From a virus, in IMG/VR virus record IMGVR_UViG_3300045988_159027: a stretch of 64,000 nt of DNA; one strand, 5' to 3'. Made by a program: the position numbers and the translations under genes. Positions 44,379-53,781 of this stretch are shown here, one piece after another. The notes under the pieces are model-generated. The model saw nothing but the letters and a program-made list of their open reading frames with translations. It made no database searches and was not told the DNA's origin. The stretch's first letter is position 1. Each line of letters begins with the position of its first letter.

Positions 44379-45010
44379 TGGGATACATGCTGGAAAGACA
44401 ATGGGAAGCGCACACACGCATTCAGGACGGATTCTCAAGAATTGTTTTTGAAGACGGAGAGGAAATCACGGTAAAGAACGACGGAAAGACGGGAATTGAC
44501 TTCGTAGAGGAATACCTCGACGAGATGAAGAAAAACTATCCCTCACACCTGGTGGCAGCCGACCAGCTTCTGCAGATGCGACTTGGACGTTCTTATAAGA
44601 CCATACGGAACCTTCGCAGCCGCTATCTGTCAGAGCTTGCGCTGGTAAGCCTGAACTGTTGTTTCGGACGCGAGGACGATATTCCCGACCATGAAGGTCC
44701 GGAAGACTTCAATACCGAGAACACGCACTGCCCTATGCGATATAACTGTCCGTTCAACGGATTCAATCCCGCCTTCAAGGATAAAAAGGAGGTGTGCTGC
44801 AATCCGGTGTACGAGTGCGGACTGACTCCCACTCAGGCTGCTGTGGCGAACATGCTGGTAAATACTTCGCTCACCTACGAAGAGATTGCCGACGAAATGG
44901 GATGCAGCTATTCCAATATAGACAACATGCGGAAACGTATTTTTGCGAAGTTGGGTGTGGCTACACGTCCTGAGCTTATGTTAACGCTAAAAGGAAAGCG
45001 GCTGGTATGA
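44378..45010 (+). CDS. LuxR/GerE-type HTH protein with a Cys cluster
   Basis: The C-terminal LTPTQAAVANMLVNTSLTYEEIADEMGCSYSNIDNMRKRIFAKLGV fits the GerE pattern. ATG at 44378 (the track starts at a GTG at 44375). Confidence 0.6.
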   Translation: MGYMLERQWEAHTRIQDGFSRIVFEDGEEITVKNDGKTGIDFVEEYLDEMKKNYPSHLVAADQLLQMRLGRSYKTIRNLRSRYLSELALVSLNCCFGREDDIPDHEGPEDFNTENTHCPMRYNCPFNGFNPAFKDKKEVCCNPVYECGLTPTQAAVANMLVNTSLTYEEIADEMGCSYSNIDNMRKRIFAKLGVATRPELMLTLKGKRLV

Positions 45011-45300
45011 AACGAAGCAGAGCGGTATATGAACAGCGTTTCCATGTGCGTTACACGGAAATAGCGATAGGCTATCCCGAAGGTAGCGTGAGCATAGCTT
45101 GCAGCAACCTGTCGAAGTCGTGCATGCAGAAGCTTATGAACGAGCTGGTGTACGACGGATATTCTTCCACAGGAAGCGTGCAGGAAAATACGATTTACCT
45201 GCATGAGCCAGACCCTATGATGTGCCTGCCAGATAGCCTGAAAGAAATGATACAAGCAAAAATGGAAAGCATGAACTACGAGGTGACATTCCTCTTTTAA
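45007..45300 (+). CDS. hypothetical protein
   Basis: 97-aa ORF with an ATGA overlap with the previous gene. Confidence 0.6.
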   Translation: MKRSRAVYEQRFHVRYTEIAIGYPEGSVSIACSNLSKSCMQKLMNELVYDGYSSTGSVQENTIYLHEPDPMMCLPDSLKEMIQAKMESMNYEVTFLF

Positions 45301-45311
45301 AATTCCCTGAA

Positions 45312-48300
45312 ATGATTTCTGACAAGACAGTTGATAAACTCAATGCGCTCCCGCTTCCCGACGTGATGCGCAACAACGGATACCTTCCCGCATCGCAGAC
45401 TGCACGCAGCGTATTCTACCGCTGCCCGTTTCACGACGAGAAGAACGGAAGTTTCTGTGTGAGCAAGTTCCCGCCAAAGGGAGAACGCTATGCCGCCTTC
45501 AATTGCTTCGTATGCGGCGAGCAGAACCGTAGCAAAGGGGTAGGAGCCATCATGCTGCAGCAGCGTCTTCTGGAACGCGCAGGAGAGAAACACGACTTTC
45601 CGAATGCGGTGAACCGGCTGGCCAAAGACTTCAACCTGATTATTGAAGGAGATTACAAGAACGGATTCCTCCACCGGGCACGCAAGACCGCCCCGCAGCC
45701 GGAAGTGGATTTCCGCATCCGTAAGGGCGAGTTTACACCCGCCGAGCTCCGTGCGCTGGGCTGCCAGGTGCTCCCCGTGTTCCGCGCCGGGAAAAACACA
45801 AGCGAAGGCCCCGAGCAGACAGCCGTGACCGATGCCGACGGAAACAACCTGTTGCGCTGTTCGTTCAATCCCGATTTCTACCGGGGAAACACACCCGCTC
45901 CCTTCGACAGCACCCAGCTCCGCACCATGTTCAACCTCTATCCGCTGGAAAGCTATGTCACACCCGAGAAGGCCGATGCCGACGGCGTTCTGACCAGCTA
46001 CGAAGTGAAGTCCACACCTTCTTACCCGGTATTCCTTTTCCGCTACGAAGACGAGAACGGCTGGTGGGCACGGAAATATGAGCCCTATTTCCGCGAGACG
46101 ACCGATTCGGACGGTCGCCGCCAGCCCAACTACAAGTTTACCTGGTGGTACCAGGGAGGAAGCCGTCCGGAAGGATTCCACAAGGAAATCTACGGCGACG
46201 CTGACGTGATGCGTGCCCTGCAGACCGGACGTGTGGAAACCTCCGACAAGGAAGGACATCCCATTATCAATATAGAGAAAACCCGGGTGGACGAGCAGGG
46301 GCGGCGTACCCGTGCTTTTACCGACGTGTTCCGCCGGATTGTGATCTGTTCCGGCCCGCGCGATGCCATCAATGTGTACTTTCATAGCGACGCTCATGTG
46401 GTGTTTCCCCACTCCGAGAGTGTGGAGATTTCGTCGGAAACGATCCGTCGCCTGCTGGACAACTCCATGGAAGTGTTTGTGCTGTATGATATCGACCGCA
46501 CCGGCATACGCGCCATGAACCGGCTGGCCCTGAAACACGTGGAACTGAAAGTGCTCTATCTGCCCGAAGACCTCTCCACCCAGTACAATCCCCGCAGCGG
46601 GAAAACGTGCAAGGATGCCGAAGAGTTCTTCAACTTCTACCCGGCAGTGATGCGCCGCAATGAAAAACTCATGCACACCAACGTAAACCGCTACTTCGAC
46701 GATCTGCTAAAGACCGCCCGCCGGATGCGGTTTTGGGACGTTCAGTACCAGACCAAAAAGCAGGAAGACGAAAGTAAGGTAGTGGTCCGGAAATACACCC
46801 TGAACTTCGACAATATGGCCCAGTTCCTTTCGGCCAACGGATTCTACAAATACACCGACGAAGCGGACACGACCAAGTTTGTGCATATCAGCAACAACAT
46901 TGTCGATGTGGTGGAAGAGAGCCAGGCACTGAGCGAAGCCAAGGAAATCATGAAAGACTTCCTGATATACAACTCACAGTATTACTCCGAGGAACTGAGC
47001 AACGCCATCAGTACCCAGAAGAAAATCGGACGCGACACCATGTCCGGCATCAAGAAAGTAGACCTGAACTTCATGTCGTGGGGGAAGGATTTCGATTATT
47101 TCTTCTTCCGCAACTGCGCCGTGAAGGTGACGGCCGACAGCATCGAGCCGGTAGACTACGTGGACCTTCCTTTCCATGTCAACCGGAAGGCGATTATTGA
47201 CGCCGATTACCATCCGCTCAAGTCCCCGCTGTTTACCATCGAGGAGAATCCGGAATATGCCGCACGTAAGGAGCTGAACAGGCAGCGCATGGCCGACAAA
47301 TGGATGAACGAGAACGAGCGCCGCCGTGAGGATGCAGAGTTCATCGCCTACCAGCGTCTGTACCGTTTCCTGCTGAGAATGCCGAAAGACATTGACCAGA
47401 TGCCTGTCTGCGTGCAGTGGCTGTATGACACCAGCCGCATACACTGGCGAAAGGAAGCCGAAGGCTATCCGCTTACCGAGCTGGAAAAGCAGCGACAGGA
47501 CATGCACTTCATTTGCAAGGTAGCGCTCATGGGCTACATGCTTTCGCGCTATCGTACAGGCACCATGCAGAAGATGGGAGTCGTGACGGATTACACCGTG
47601 GCCGACGAAGGAAAGAACAGCGGAGGTACCGGAAAAAGTTTCTTCCGTTCTTTCTTCGAACTGGTGCGGAAGGTGTGCTACATCCCCGGTCAGACCTTGA
47701 AGAAGAAAGAGAATATGGCCAAGAACTTCGACAAGTTCCATTATACCGTAGACAGCATGTGTCTGATAGACGACCTTCGCCCCGACATGATGGGAAGCGA
47801 GTTCTACAACATTACGGACAACATTACGGTAAAGACCCTGTATCACGATGAAATGACACTGCCGCGCGAGGCAACCCCGAAGATATTCATTACCATGAAC
47901 AAGATGCCGTTCGACATGACCGAAGGAAGCACCTCGCGCCGTATCTTCCTGGCCATGCAGAGCGATTACTACCACGACGAGGACTACGCCGGCCAGTTCA
48001 AGAAACGCACGCCGCAGACTAAGTTCGGGAAAGACATATTCCTGGAAGCCACCGAAGAAGAACGTGACGAAGCGGTGTACATGATGCTGCAAAGCTGTCA
48101 GTTTTACCTCGGCCTGCAGGAAAGCCTGATACCGCCCATGTCGCAGGACGGACAGATGCGAATCCTTTACTCCGCCATCAAGGACCAGGTATTCATTGAC
48201 TGGGCCAATCATTTCTTTGCGAACCAGTGGCACTGGTGCCGTCCGGTATCTATCAGTGAAATGGCCATCAGCTACCTGGAACACCGGGGCGACGCGGTGA

Positions 48301-48614
48301 CGATGCAGAGCGTGAAATCCGTGAAGAACGAAATGATAGAGAAGATGCAGGCTTACTGCTTCAATATGCAGTACACCATGAACCCTTCCATCGTCTACCG
48401 CTCGGACAAAGGCTCAAAATACCCCCGTCACTACGCATGGGAGCAGGAGTTTATGAACGACACGATCCGCCGTGAGGAACGCACCCGAAAATTTACCCGT
48501 GTGTGCTTTTTCTACAAGCTGGGTGAGGAACCCAAAGATTCCAAGGAGATACTTTCCTGTCCGGAGTCCGACGAAGAATGGCAGGAGAAAAAACGTTTGG
48601 AAATGGATGATTAA
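45312..48614 (+). CDS. DNA primase / SF3-type helicase fusion
   Basis: CHC2 zinc finger (YRCPFHDEKNGSF...FNCFVCG). Toprim-like region (ICSGPRDAINVY...VLYDIDRTG). Walker A NSGGTGKSFF and Walker B MCLIDDL. Confidence 0.85.
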   Translation: MISDKTVDKLNALPLPDVMRNNGYLPASQTARSVFYRCPFHDEKNGSFCVSKFPPKGERYAAFNCFVCGEQNRSKGVGAIMLQQRLLERAGEKHDFPNAVNRLAKDFNLIIEGDYKNGFLHRARKTAPQPEVDFRIRKGEFTPAELRALGCQVLPVFRAGKNTSEGPEQTAVTDADGNNLLRCSFNPDFYRGNTPAPFDSTQLRTMFNLYPLESYVTPEKADADGVLTSYEVKSTPSYPVFLFRYEDENGWWARKYEPYFRETTDSDGRRQPNYKFTWWYQGGSRPEGFHKEIYGDADVMRALQTGRVETSDKEGHPIINIEKTRVDEQGRRTRAFTDVFRRIVICSGPRDAINVYFHSDAHVVFPHSESVEISSETIRRLLDNSMEVFVLYDIDRTGIRAMNRLALKHVELKVLYLPEDLSTQYNPRSGKTCKDAEEFFNFYPAVMRRNEKLMHTNVNRYFDDLLKTARRMRFWDVQYQTKKQEDESKVVVRKYTLNFDNMAQFLSANGFYKYTDEADTTKFVHISNNIVDVVEESQALSEAKEIMKDFLIYNSQYYSEELSNAISTQKKIGRDTMSGIKKVDLNFMSWGKDFDYFFFRNCAVKVTADSIEPVDYVDLPFHVNRKAIIDADYHPLKSPLFTIEENPEYAARKELNRQRMADKWMNENERRREDAEFIAYQRLYRFLLRMPKDIDQMPVCVQWLYDTSRIHWRKEAEGYPLTELEKQRQDMHFICKVALMGYMLSRYRTGTMQKMGVVTDYTVADEGKNSGGTGKSFFRSFFELVRKVCYIPGQTLKKKENMAKNFDKFHYTVDSMCLIDDLRPDMMGSEFYNITDNITVKTLYHDEMTLPREATPKIFITMNKMPFDMTEGSTSRRIFLAMQSDYYHDEDYAGQFKKRTPQTKFGKDIFLEATEEERDEAVYMMLQSCQFYLGLQESLIPPMSQDGQMRILYSAIKDQVFIDWANHFFANQWHWCRPVSISEMAISYLEHRGDAVTMQSVKSVKNEMIEKMQAYCFNMQYTMNPSIVYRSDKGSKYPRHYAWEQEFMNDTIRREERTRKFTRVCFFYKLGEEPKDSKEILSCPESDEEWQEKKRLEMDD

Positions 48615-48635
48615 TAACCTTAAAAAGAAAAGAAT

Positions 48636-48932
48636 ATGGCAAGAATCTTAAAACATGAAATCCCGGCAGCGTCAGAGTTCAAGCTTCCGCTTCACGAGGG
48701 AAGCAATCTGCTGAAACTCGATGTAGTAAATGAGAAAGTATATATCTGGGCATTGGAAGATGAATCAAAGCCAAAGCGGGGAGTAAAGTTCCGTATGGTA
48801 ATGACCGGTGAAGAGATAAACCTTGAGCCTTACATGATGTATATAGGGACTTTTATACTTTTCAACGGTTCGTTTGTAGGGCATTTGTTTGTGGACACTT
48901 CTGTTCCGATGCCGATTTATGAAGGAATTTAA
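48636..48932 (+). CDS. conserved phage hypothetical protein
   Basis: 98-aa ORF. ...VYIWALEDE...MVMTGEEI...YIGTF...FVGHLFV is recalled as a widespread phage family. Confidence 0.6.
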   Translation: MARILKHEIPAASEFKLPLHEGSNLLKLDVVNEKVYIWALEDESKPKRGVKFRMVMTGEEINLEPYMMYIGTFILFNGSFVGHLFVDTSVPMPIYEGI

Positions 48933-48945
48933 AATAGTGGGAGAT

Positions 48946-49284
48946 ATGGGAAACAATCAGAATGAAAAAGTGAGTATCACTTTTGAAGTAGAAAAGGATT
49001 TTATCAAAGCTGTGATGCTTGTTTCAGGAATCAGTATGAAGGACGCTGAAGAAGCTATGAATGAGCTCGACAATGTGGTTATCAATGAAGATACGCTTCA
49101 AGATTTAGAAACCATGGATGGCGACATCCAGCAGATAAAAACGGGTATTTCAATGATTGCCATCGGTATGGCGTACAAGAAAATTACATCCAAAGAAAAG
49201 AAAACTAAAACAAACGGACTTTTTGCGAAGCTTCAGGCTTTGAAAGAGGAGAGTAAGAGGTTAGGAAAGGAGGAGTGGCAATAA
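48946..49284 (+). CDS. hypothetical protein
   Basis: Non-overlapping ATG of the track ORF 48889-49284. An ATG at 48919 is an alternative. Confidence 0.5.
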   Translation: MGNNQNEKVSITFEVEKDFIKAVMLVSGISMKDAEEAMNELDNVVINEDTLQDLETMDGDIQQIKTGISMIAIGMAYKKITSKEKKTKTNGLFAKLQALKEESKRLGKEEWQ

Positions 49285-49350
49285 TGGAAGTTCCTATAAT
49301 CATGGAAGAATCATTGCTGATGGTTAAGGAAGTGAAGAAATTGAAGAAGG

Positions 49351-49863
49351 ATGGAAAAGCAAAATAAACCAATACTTGATGTATGTTGTGGAAGCAAAAT
49401 GTTCTGGTTCGACAAAGAGAATCCGCTTGCTTTATTTACTGACATACGCGATTTTGAAGACACACTTTGTGATGGGCGGAAAATTTCTGTGAAACCTGAT
49501 AAAATTGAGGATTGCACAAACCTTTCATTTGCTGATAATACGTTTAAGTTGGTCGTGTTTGACCCGCCACATTTGGTAAGAGCCGGTGAAAACAGTTGGT
49601 TGGCCAAAAAGTATGGTAAACTTCCAAAAGACTGGAAAAGCTTTATTAATGACTCCATACATGAATGTATGCGAGTGCTGGATGATTACGGTGTACTTAT
49701 CTTCAAGTGGAATCAGGACCAGATAAAAGTAAAGGAAGTAATCAATGCTATTACGGATTACAAACCTTTGTTTGGGCATACTACAAAGAATAACGGTACG
49801 ACTATCTGGATGTGTTTTATGAAAATACCAAAAGAACAAAACCATGAGACGAATACTTTATAA
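49351..49863 (+). CDS. small SAM-dependent methyltransferase (probable DNA N6-A/N4-C type), orphan
   Basis: ILDVCCGS is motif-I-like and VVFDPPH is a DPPY-type motif IV. No adjacent nuclease. Confidence 0.55.
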   Translation: MEKQNKPILDVCCGSKMFWFDKENPLALFTDIRDFEDTLCDGRKISVKPDKIEDCTNLSFADNTFKLVVFDPPHLVRAGENSWLAKKYGKLPKDWKSFINDSIHECMRVLDDYGVLIFKWNQDQIKVKEVINAITDYKPLFGHTTKNNGTTIWMCFMKIPKEQNHETNTL

Positions 49864-50317
49864 CGCAAGCGATACAGAAACATTCCAGCGTATTGTAAAA
49901 ACGGCTAAGAATGGAATTTTTGGAGGCACTTCGGCCACAATGGATTACCTTGATAAGTGCCGATGGTTTTTGGAACGATACGATTGTATAATCATATTTA
50001 CACGTGATGAAGGAGCCCATACCTGCGGATGGTGGAAAAATCCGGATTACGAAAGATGCTATCACCTGTCAATCTCATTTCCTGGGGGATGGAACAGGAA
50101 GAAAGCGGAATATATTCTTGACAGGATATTCGGATATAATAAGCGTATGCTGTGGTGCGAGCCTCCATATTCAGAAGAGGGGAAGCAAGCTGGAGTACTC
50201 CACTACCGGCTATTCTGTGATGTGAACTGGAATCCGATAATGCCTCGTGGAGAAGTATATTCTACAAAATTTACGGAGCTTGGATGGAAAAGCTTTTCGG
50301 AACTGCATGGAAAATAA
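49844..50317 (+). CDS. conserved phage hypothetical protein
   Basis: 157-aa ORF. HTCGWWKNPDYERCYHLSISF is recalled as a recurrent phage motif. Confidence 0.6.
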   Translation: MRRILYNASDTETFQRIVKTAKNGIFGGTSATMDYLDKCRWFLERYDCIIIFTRDEGAHTCGWWKNPDYERCYHLSISFPGGWNRKKAEYILDRIFGYNKRMLWCEPPYSEEGKQAGVLHYRLFCDVNWNPIMPRGEVYSTKFTELGWKSFSELHGK

Positions 50318-50339
50318 ATAACGCTTAAACAAACAAGTT

Positions 50340-50687
50340 ATGATACTACACAGATTCTGCTCACAAGAGGAGTTCGACAGGTATATGCGTGGAGAGTTGC
50401 TGGTGAATGAAAAAGACCATAGTAAGTTTAGCAAATCAACATCCATAGGTTTTTGCTGGTTTTGGGAGGAACCTTGGTATGCCATTGAATATCTGAGTGG
50501 GATAGTGAACAGAGATATATGTATTACTGTAGAAACGGATAGCAAGAATGTTACCGAATCCATGGGGTATTACTGGGGAGAAGATGGGCCTGATTGGTTT
50601 CCCGAATACTGTTGTACTTCATACGACAACAAACGATTTAGACTGGTGGAAGCCACAAACAAATTCAGATATGATGATACGGACTGA
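50340..50687 (+). CDS. hypothetical protein
   Basis: 115-aa ORF. Confidence 0.6.
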   Translation: MILHRFCSQEEFDRYMRGELLVNEKDHSKFSKSTSIGFCWFWEEPWYAIEYLSGIVNRDICITVETDSKNVTESMGYYWGEDGPDWFPEYCCTSYDNKRFRLVEATNKFRYDDTD

Positions 50688-50729
50688 CAGGAAAAGTGAT
50701 AGATAAACCAAAACTAATTTGATAAGCTT

Positions 50730-51044
50730 ATGGATATTGCAGATTTATTGAAAGATAAAAGAGGAGTATTGAAATACATACTTCAGACAATAGAGTCCAG
50801 CACGAAAAATGCAAAAGGTCTTCTTTCGATGAAAGAAAGAGGATTCTCGGATGCAGGTATGCTGGAAAAGGTCATTGAAGTAACAGCCATTCAGTCAAGC
50901 CAGATACAGGCACTCGCCATGATAGCTCTGGTAAGCCTGCAAAGCAGCGATTTTGATAAGCAGGTCGGCGAAATGATGAATAAGATGGGACGCGGCGATG
51001 AAGCATTGCAGATTATGCTGGATAAGAAGTTGAAAGGAGAATGA
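50730..51044 (+). CDS. hypothetical protein
   Basis: 104-aa ORF. Confidence 0.6.
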   Translation: MDIADLLKDKRGVLKYILQTIESSTKNAKGLLSMKERGFSDAGMLEKVIEVTAIQSSQIQALAMIALVSLQSSDFDKQVGEMMNKMGRGDEALQIMLDKKLKGE

Positions 51045-51047
51045 CAA

Positions 51048-51272
51048 ATGCTGTTGAAGAAAAACTTTTCCGTGATTTTTGAAGCCGGTACACCTCCGGT
51101 TAGATTCCGTGAAGAATACCTCTTTCCGGTCCGTACAGAAGAAGAGCAGACGGAACATTCAACGCTTTACCAGGCGGCAAAAGGAGCCATCGCAAAAGAT
51201 TTAGGAATTACGAGGTGCGAAGTTCGGATTCTGAAAATTATGGAAATTCATAATCACTTGATAGTTGAATAA
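51048..51272 (+). CDS. hypothetical protein
   Basis: 74-aa ORF. Confidence 0.55.
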   Translation: MLLKKNFSVIFEAGTPPVRFREEYLFPVRTEEEQTEHSTLYQAAKGAIAKDLGITRCEVRILKIMEIHNHLIVE

Positions 51273-51297
51273 AACCATAAATCAAAGTACATAGCCT

Positions 51298-51595
51298 ATG
51301 TTTGAACTAATAAGAGTCTTTCCCACTCATGCTTCTCCCTATGTTGGAGGATATGTGGATTTTGACAGGCAATATACTGTCGGAGAGTTTATCGAAGAAG
51401 CCCTGGAAAAGTACCCGGCTATTAGCGGTTCCTTCCCGGTAGTATGCAACTTCACACGTTGCATACTACCGGGAAGGAGAGCTGTTGAATAAAGAGTTCC
51501 CGGAAAAGGTTTTAAAAGCCAGGATTGCAGCCGTTTCCTTTTATACAGGATGGAACAAAGCCGATTATGTTATCACTAAATTAGATGGACAATGA
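51298..51595 (+). pseudogene. small gene split by a +1 frame break at a 49-nt palindrome
   Basis: Frame 1 runs 51298-51492. The coding-looking frame 2 is open over 51443-51595 (...YREGELLNKEFPEKVLKARIAAVSFYTGWNKADYVITKLDGQ) and has no start codon. Confidence 0.5.
51430..51478. repeat. 21-bp perfect inverted repeat with a 7-nt spacer
   Basis: TCCTTCCCGGTAGTATGCAAC-ttcacac-GTTGCATACTACCGGGAAGGA. Confidence 0.9.
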
Positions 51596-51610
51596 AATAA
51601 AAATAATATC

Positions 51611-52315
51611 ATGGGAAACAAAAAACCGAAATTCAAAATAGGAGAAAGGGTAAGAGTAAAAACCCTTGCAGAAGCAAAAGAAATAAGCTACGCTGTAGAA
51701 ATCAATAAGCCTTTGAAGAAATATTTAGGTAAAAACTTTGTAGTAACAGGCTTTAGAGAAGTAGGTGGAATGTTCTATTATTACTTGAAAGAAAGAAGTA
51801 GTGTATGCGTACATGAGTGCTTGCTTGATTACCCATACGGAGATTTTTCTCACCCTCAGAATCCCAAATACAGTGTAGGTGATAATGTAGCTATTAAAGA
51901 AGAGAAAGATTTGCGTGAAACATTTTCGCGCGAACAATGGTGGTTAAAAGACCTTCTGCCTATATCATTAAGAATATTACAAATATATAGTTCCTATTGG
52001 TTTTGTAATCAGAATGTTTATGAAGCAGAAGTAGAGCCTGGAGTTTATGTAAAAATCCCAGAAAAGGCAATATTGATGGAAGCAGACTGTGACCCATATC
52101 AATGGTCTAACCCTTACAATGTCTGGGTTGCTTTTCGTAAAAAAGAACCGGAGAAAAGTGAATCTTCAAATAACGGGCTGGTAAAATGGAAAACAATGTA
52201 TAAAGACATGGTGGAGTTTATCAGTACAGCTTCTCCCCAAACCAGATCGTTTATTGCAGGACAACTATATGGATTGACAGAAAGACTAATGAATGAAACG
52301 CTAAAAGAAAAATAA
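51611..52315 (+). CDS. hypothetical protein with two similar N-terminal repeats
   Basis: 234-aa ORF. KFKIGERVRVKTLAE and KYSVGDNVAIKEEKD are similar. Confidence 0.65.
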   Translation: MGNKKPKFKIGERVRVKTLAEAKEISYAVEINKPLKKYLGKNFVVTGFREVGGMFYYYLKERSSVCVHECLLDYPYGDFSHPQNPKYSVGDNVAIKEEKDLRETFSREQWWLKDLLPISLRILQIYSSYWFCNQNVYEAEVEPGVYVKIPEKAILMEADCDPYQWSNPYNVWVAFRKKEPEKSESSNNGLVKWKTMYKDMVEFISTASPQTRSFIAGQLYGLTERLMNETLKEK

Positions 52316-52319
52316 TATC

Positions 52320-52493
52320 ATGAAAGAAGAAATAGTCACATACGATATAGCTTTAGCCGCATTGCAATTAAAAGAGTATGAAGTTATCACCGATAAGGAG
52401 TGAAAAGGCTGGGTATGCTCGGTATGTGGTAGGGCCTATGCTCCGAGTGTATCTGAATGTACTGAATGTAATAAAAATAGAGAATCAACATGA
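52320..52493 (+). pseudogene. zinc-ribbon protein, paralogue of 54801-55067, interrupted by an in-frame TGA at 52401
   Basis: MKEEIVTYDIALAALQLKEYEVITDKE-TGA-KGWVCSVCGRAYAPSVSECTECNKNREST. The final stop overlaps the next ATG (ATGA). Confidence 0.5.
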
Positions 52494-52717
52494 TTAAGCT
52501 ATACAGAGCAGACCAGATGCACCCGTCCTCGTCGGTAGTGGCGCTGTCAAGCCTGCAAAAGACTGTCAGGAAGAGCAGAGAGGTAACAGATAGACTGATT
52601 CAGCAGCTGATTGATACTGGCTACATCCCGGAAGAAAAGAAGCCCAAACTCCTGTCTGTCTTCGACAAAGAAATGACCGAGTACACAAAACTCAAAACAA
52701 AGAAGAAAAAAGCATGA
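52490..52717 (+). CDS. hypothetical protein
   Basis: 75-aa ORF. Confidence 0.6.
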   Translation: MIKLYRADQMHPSSSVVALSSLQKTVRKSREVTDRLIQQLIDTGYIPEEKKPKLLSVFDKEMTEYTKLKTKKKKA

Positions 52718-53142
52718 AAGAAATGGAGAAAGAAGAAAAAGCCAAGGAAAGCATACAATCCTTTTTCCTTTGTAAAACGAAGAAATACGGATGCCGTTTT
52801 GTAGAAAAATGTATGTATTGCGATGGGAATAGTGGAGCATCTGAATGTGATGAAAACTGCAGTGCTGATGAATATTTTGCGGGGTTCTGTTCTGGATGGG
52901 ATGCCTTTGACGCATTGATGGGCGGCCTTCTGACAAACGTAAAAGAACGGCAACCTGACCCGAACGAGGAGGTTATCTGCCATATGGTGTCAAACGGAGC
53001 ATTCGTAAGCGGATACATCTACCAGGAAGACGAGAAATACAAAGTAGCCACTTCTCCCGATTTTCATTTTGAGGACTACGGAGATTATGAATGTGACTAC
53101 TGGTTCCCGAAACCTAAACTAATTGAAGTAAACCATGGATAA
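52714..53142 (+). CDS. hypothetical protein (DUF551-like C-terminus)
   Basis: 142-aa ORF with a Cys-rich N-terminus. The ...DYWFPKPKL ending resembles DUF551 (recalled). Confidence 0.55.
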   Translation: MKEMEKEEKAKESIQSFFLCKTKKYGCRFVEKCMYCDGNSGASECDENCSADEYFAGFCSGWDAFDALMGGLLTNVKERQPDPNEEVICHMVSNGAFVSGYIYQEDEKYKVATSPDFHFEDYGDYECDYWFPKPKLIEVNHG

Positions 53143-53764
53143 GGAAGAATATATACACCAATGCGCCACGCAGCTGTTTAACGACCGTATTAGGGACTTA
53201 GGGAACAAAGAAAATATACACTTCTCCATTGACGATATAATAAAAGCAATGTGGACTTCATGGGATGCGTCATACTTCTATCAATGGAAAAGCGTACAAG
53301 CTTCACTCCCTCCGAAAGGACAATGCGTGAACGTCATGCTGGAAGACGGAAGATACACCAATTCCTTCATCATGTCAGACGGCACATGGACCTACAATGT
53401 AAGGCCAGTTGCATGGAGCGAGATAAAACGGCCGATATTCCACCATAAACCAATGATTGAGCTTAAATACCCAGGTATGAAAACGAAAAACATTATCTAC
53501 ACCGGTCCGATATTCGATTATTATAACGGGGAGTTACATCGTATATTTTGCAATTTCGACATTCAGCAGCTGAAAAGCAGGGTGACCGGGAAAGATGATT
53601 CCTGCAACAGGCAGATGATAATTATCAACCTTGAGACCAAAACGGCATGGATAGAGTATGTCGACGAAGAATGTTCCCAGTACGATAGTTTTTATAACAA
53701 ATTCACCTGCGACATTCAGGAAGTGGAAAGGATAATCGAAGAAAGCCAGGAAAATAAAGAATAA
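53135..53764 (+). CDS. hypothetical protein
   Basis: 209-aa ORF. Confidence 0.6.
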   Translation: MDKEEYIHQCATQLFNDRIRDLGNKENIHFSIDDIIKAMWTSWDASYFYQWKSVQASLPPKGQCVNVMLEDGRYTNSFIMSDGTWTYNVRPVAWSEIKRPIFHHKPMIELKYPGMKTKNIIYTGPIFDYYNGELHRIFCNFDIQQLKSRVTGKDDSCNRQMIIINLETKTAWIEYVDEECSQYDSFYNKFTCDIQEVERIIEESQENKE

Positions 53765-53781
53765 TCTAAAACTAGGGACTC

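Noticed and set aside
45297-48284. Very long minus-strand ORFs (45297-46676, 459 aa; 46974-48284, 436 aa) opposite the primase-helicase gene.
   Set aside because: They are His/Arg/Gly/Val-rich low-complexity translations with no motifs. They sit entirely antisense to a gene with clear primase, Toprim and Walker motifs. They are the usual artefact of GC-rich third positions.
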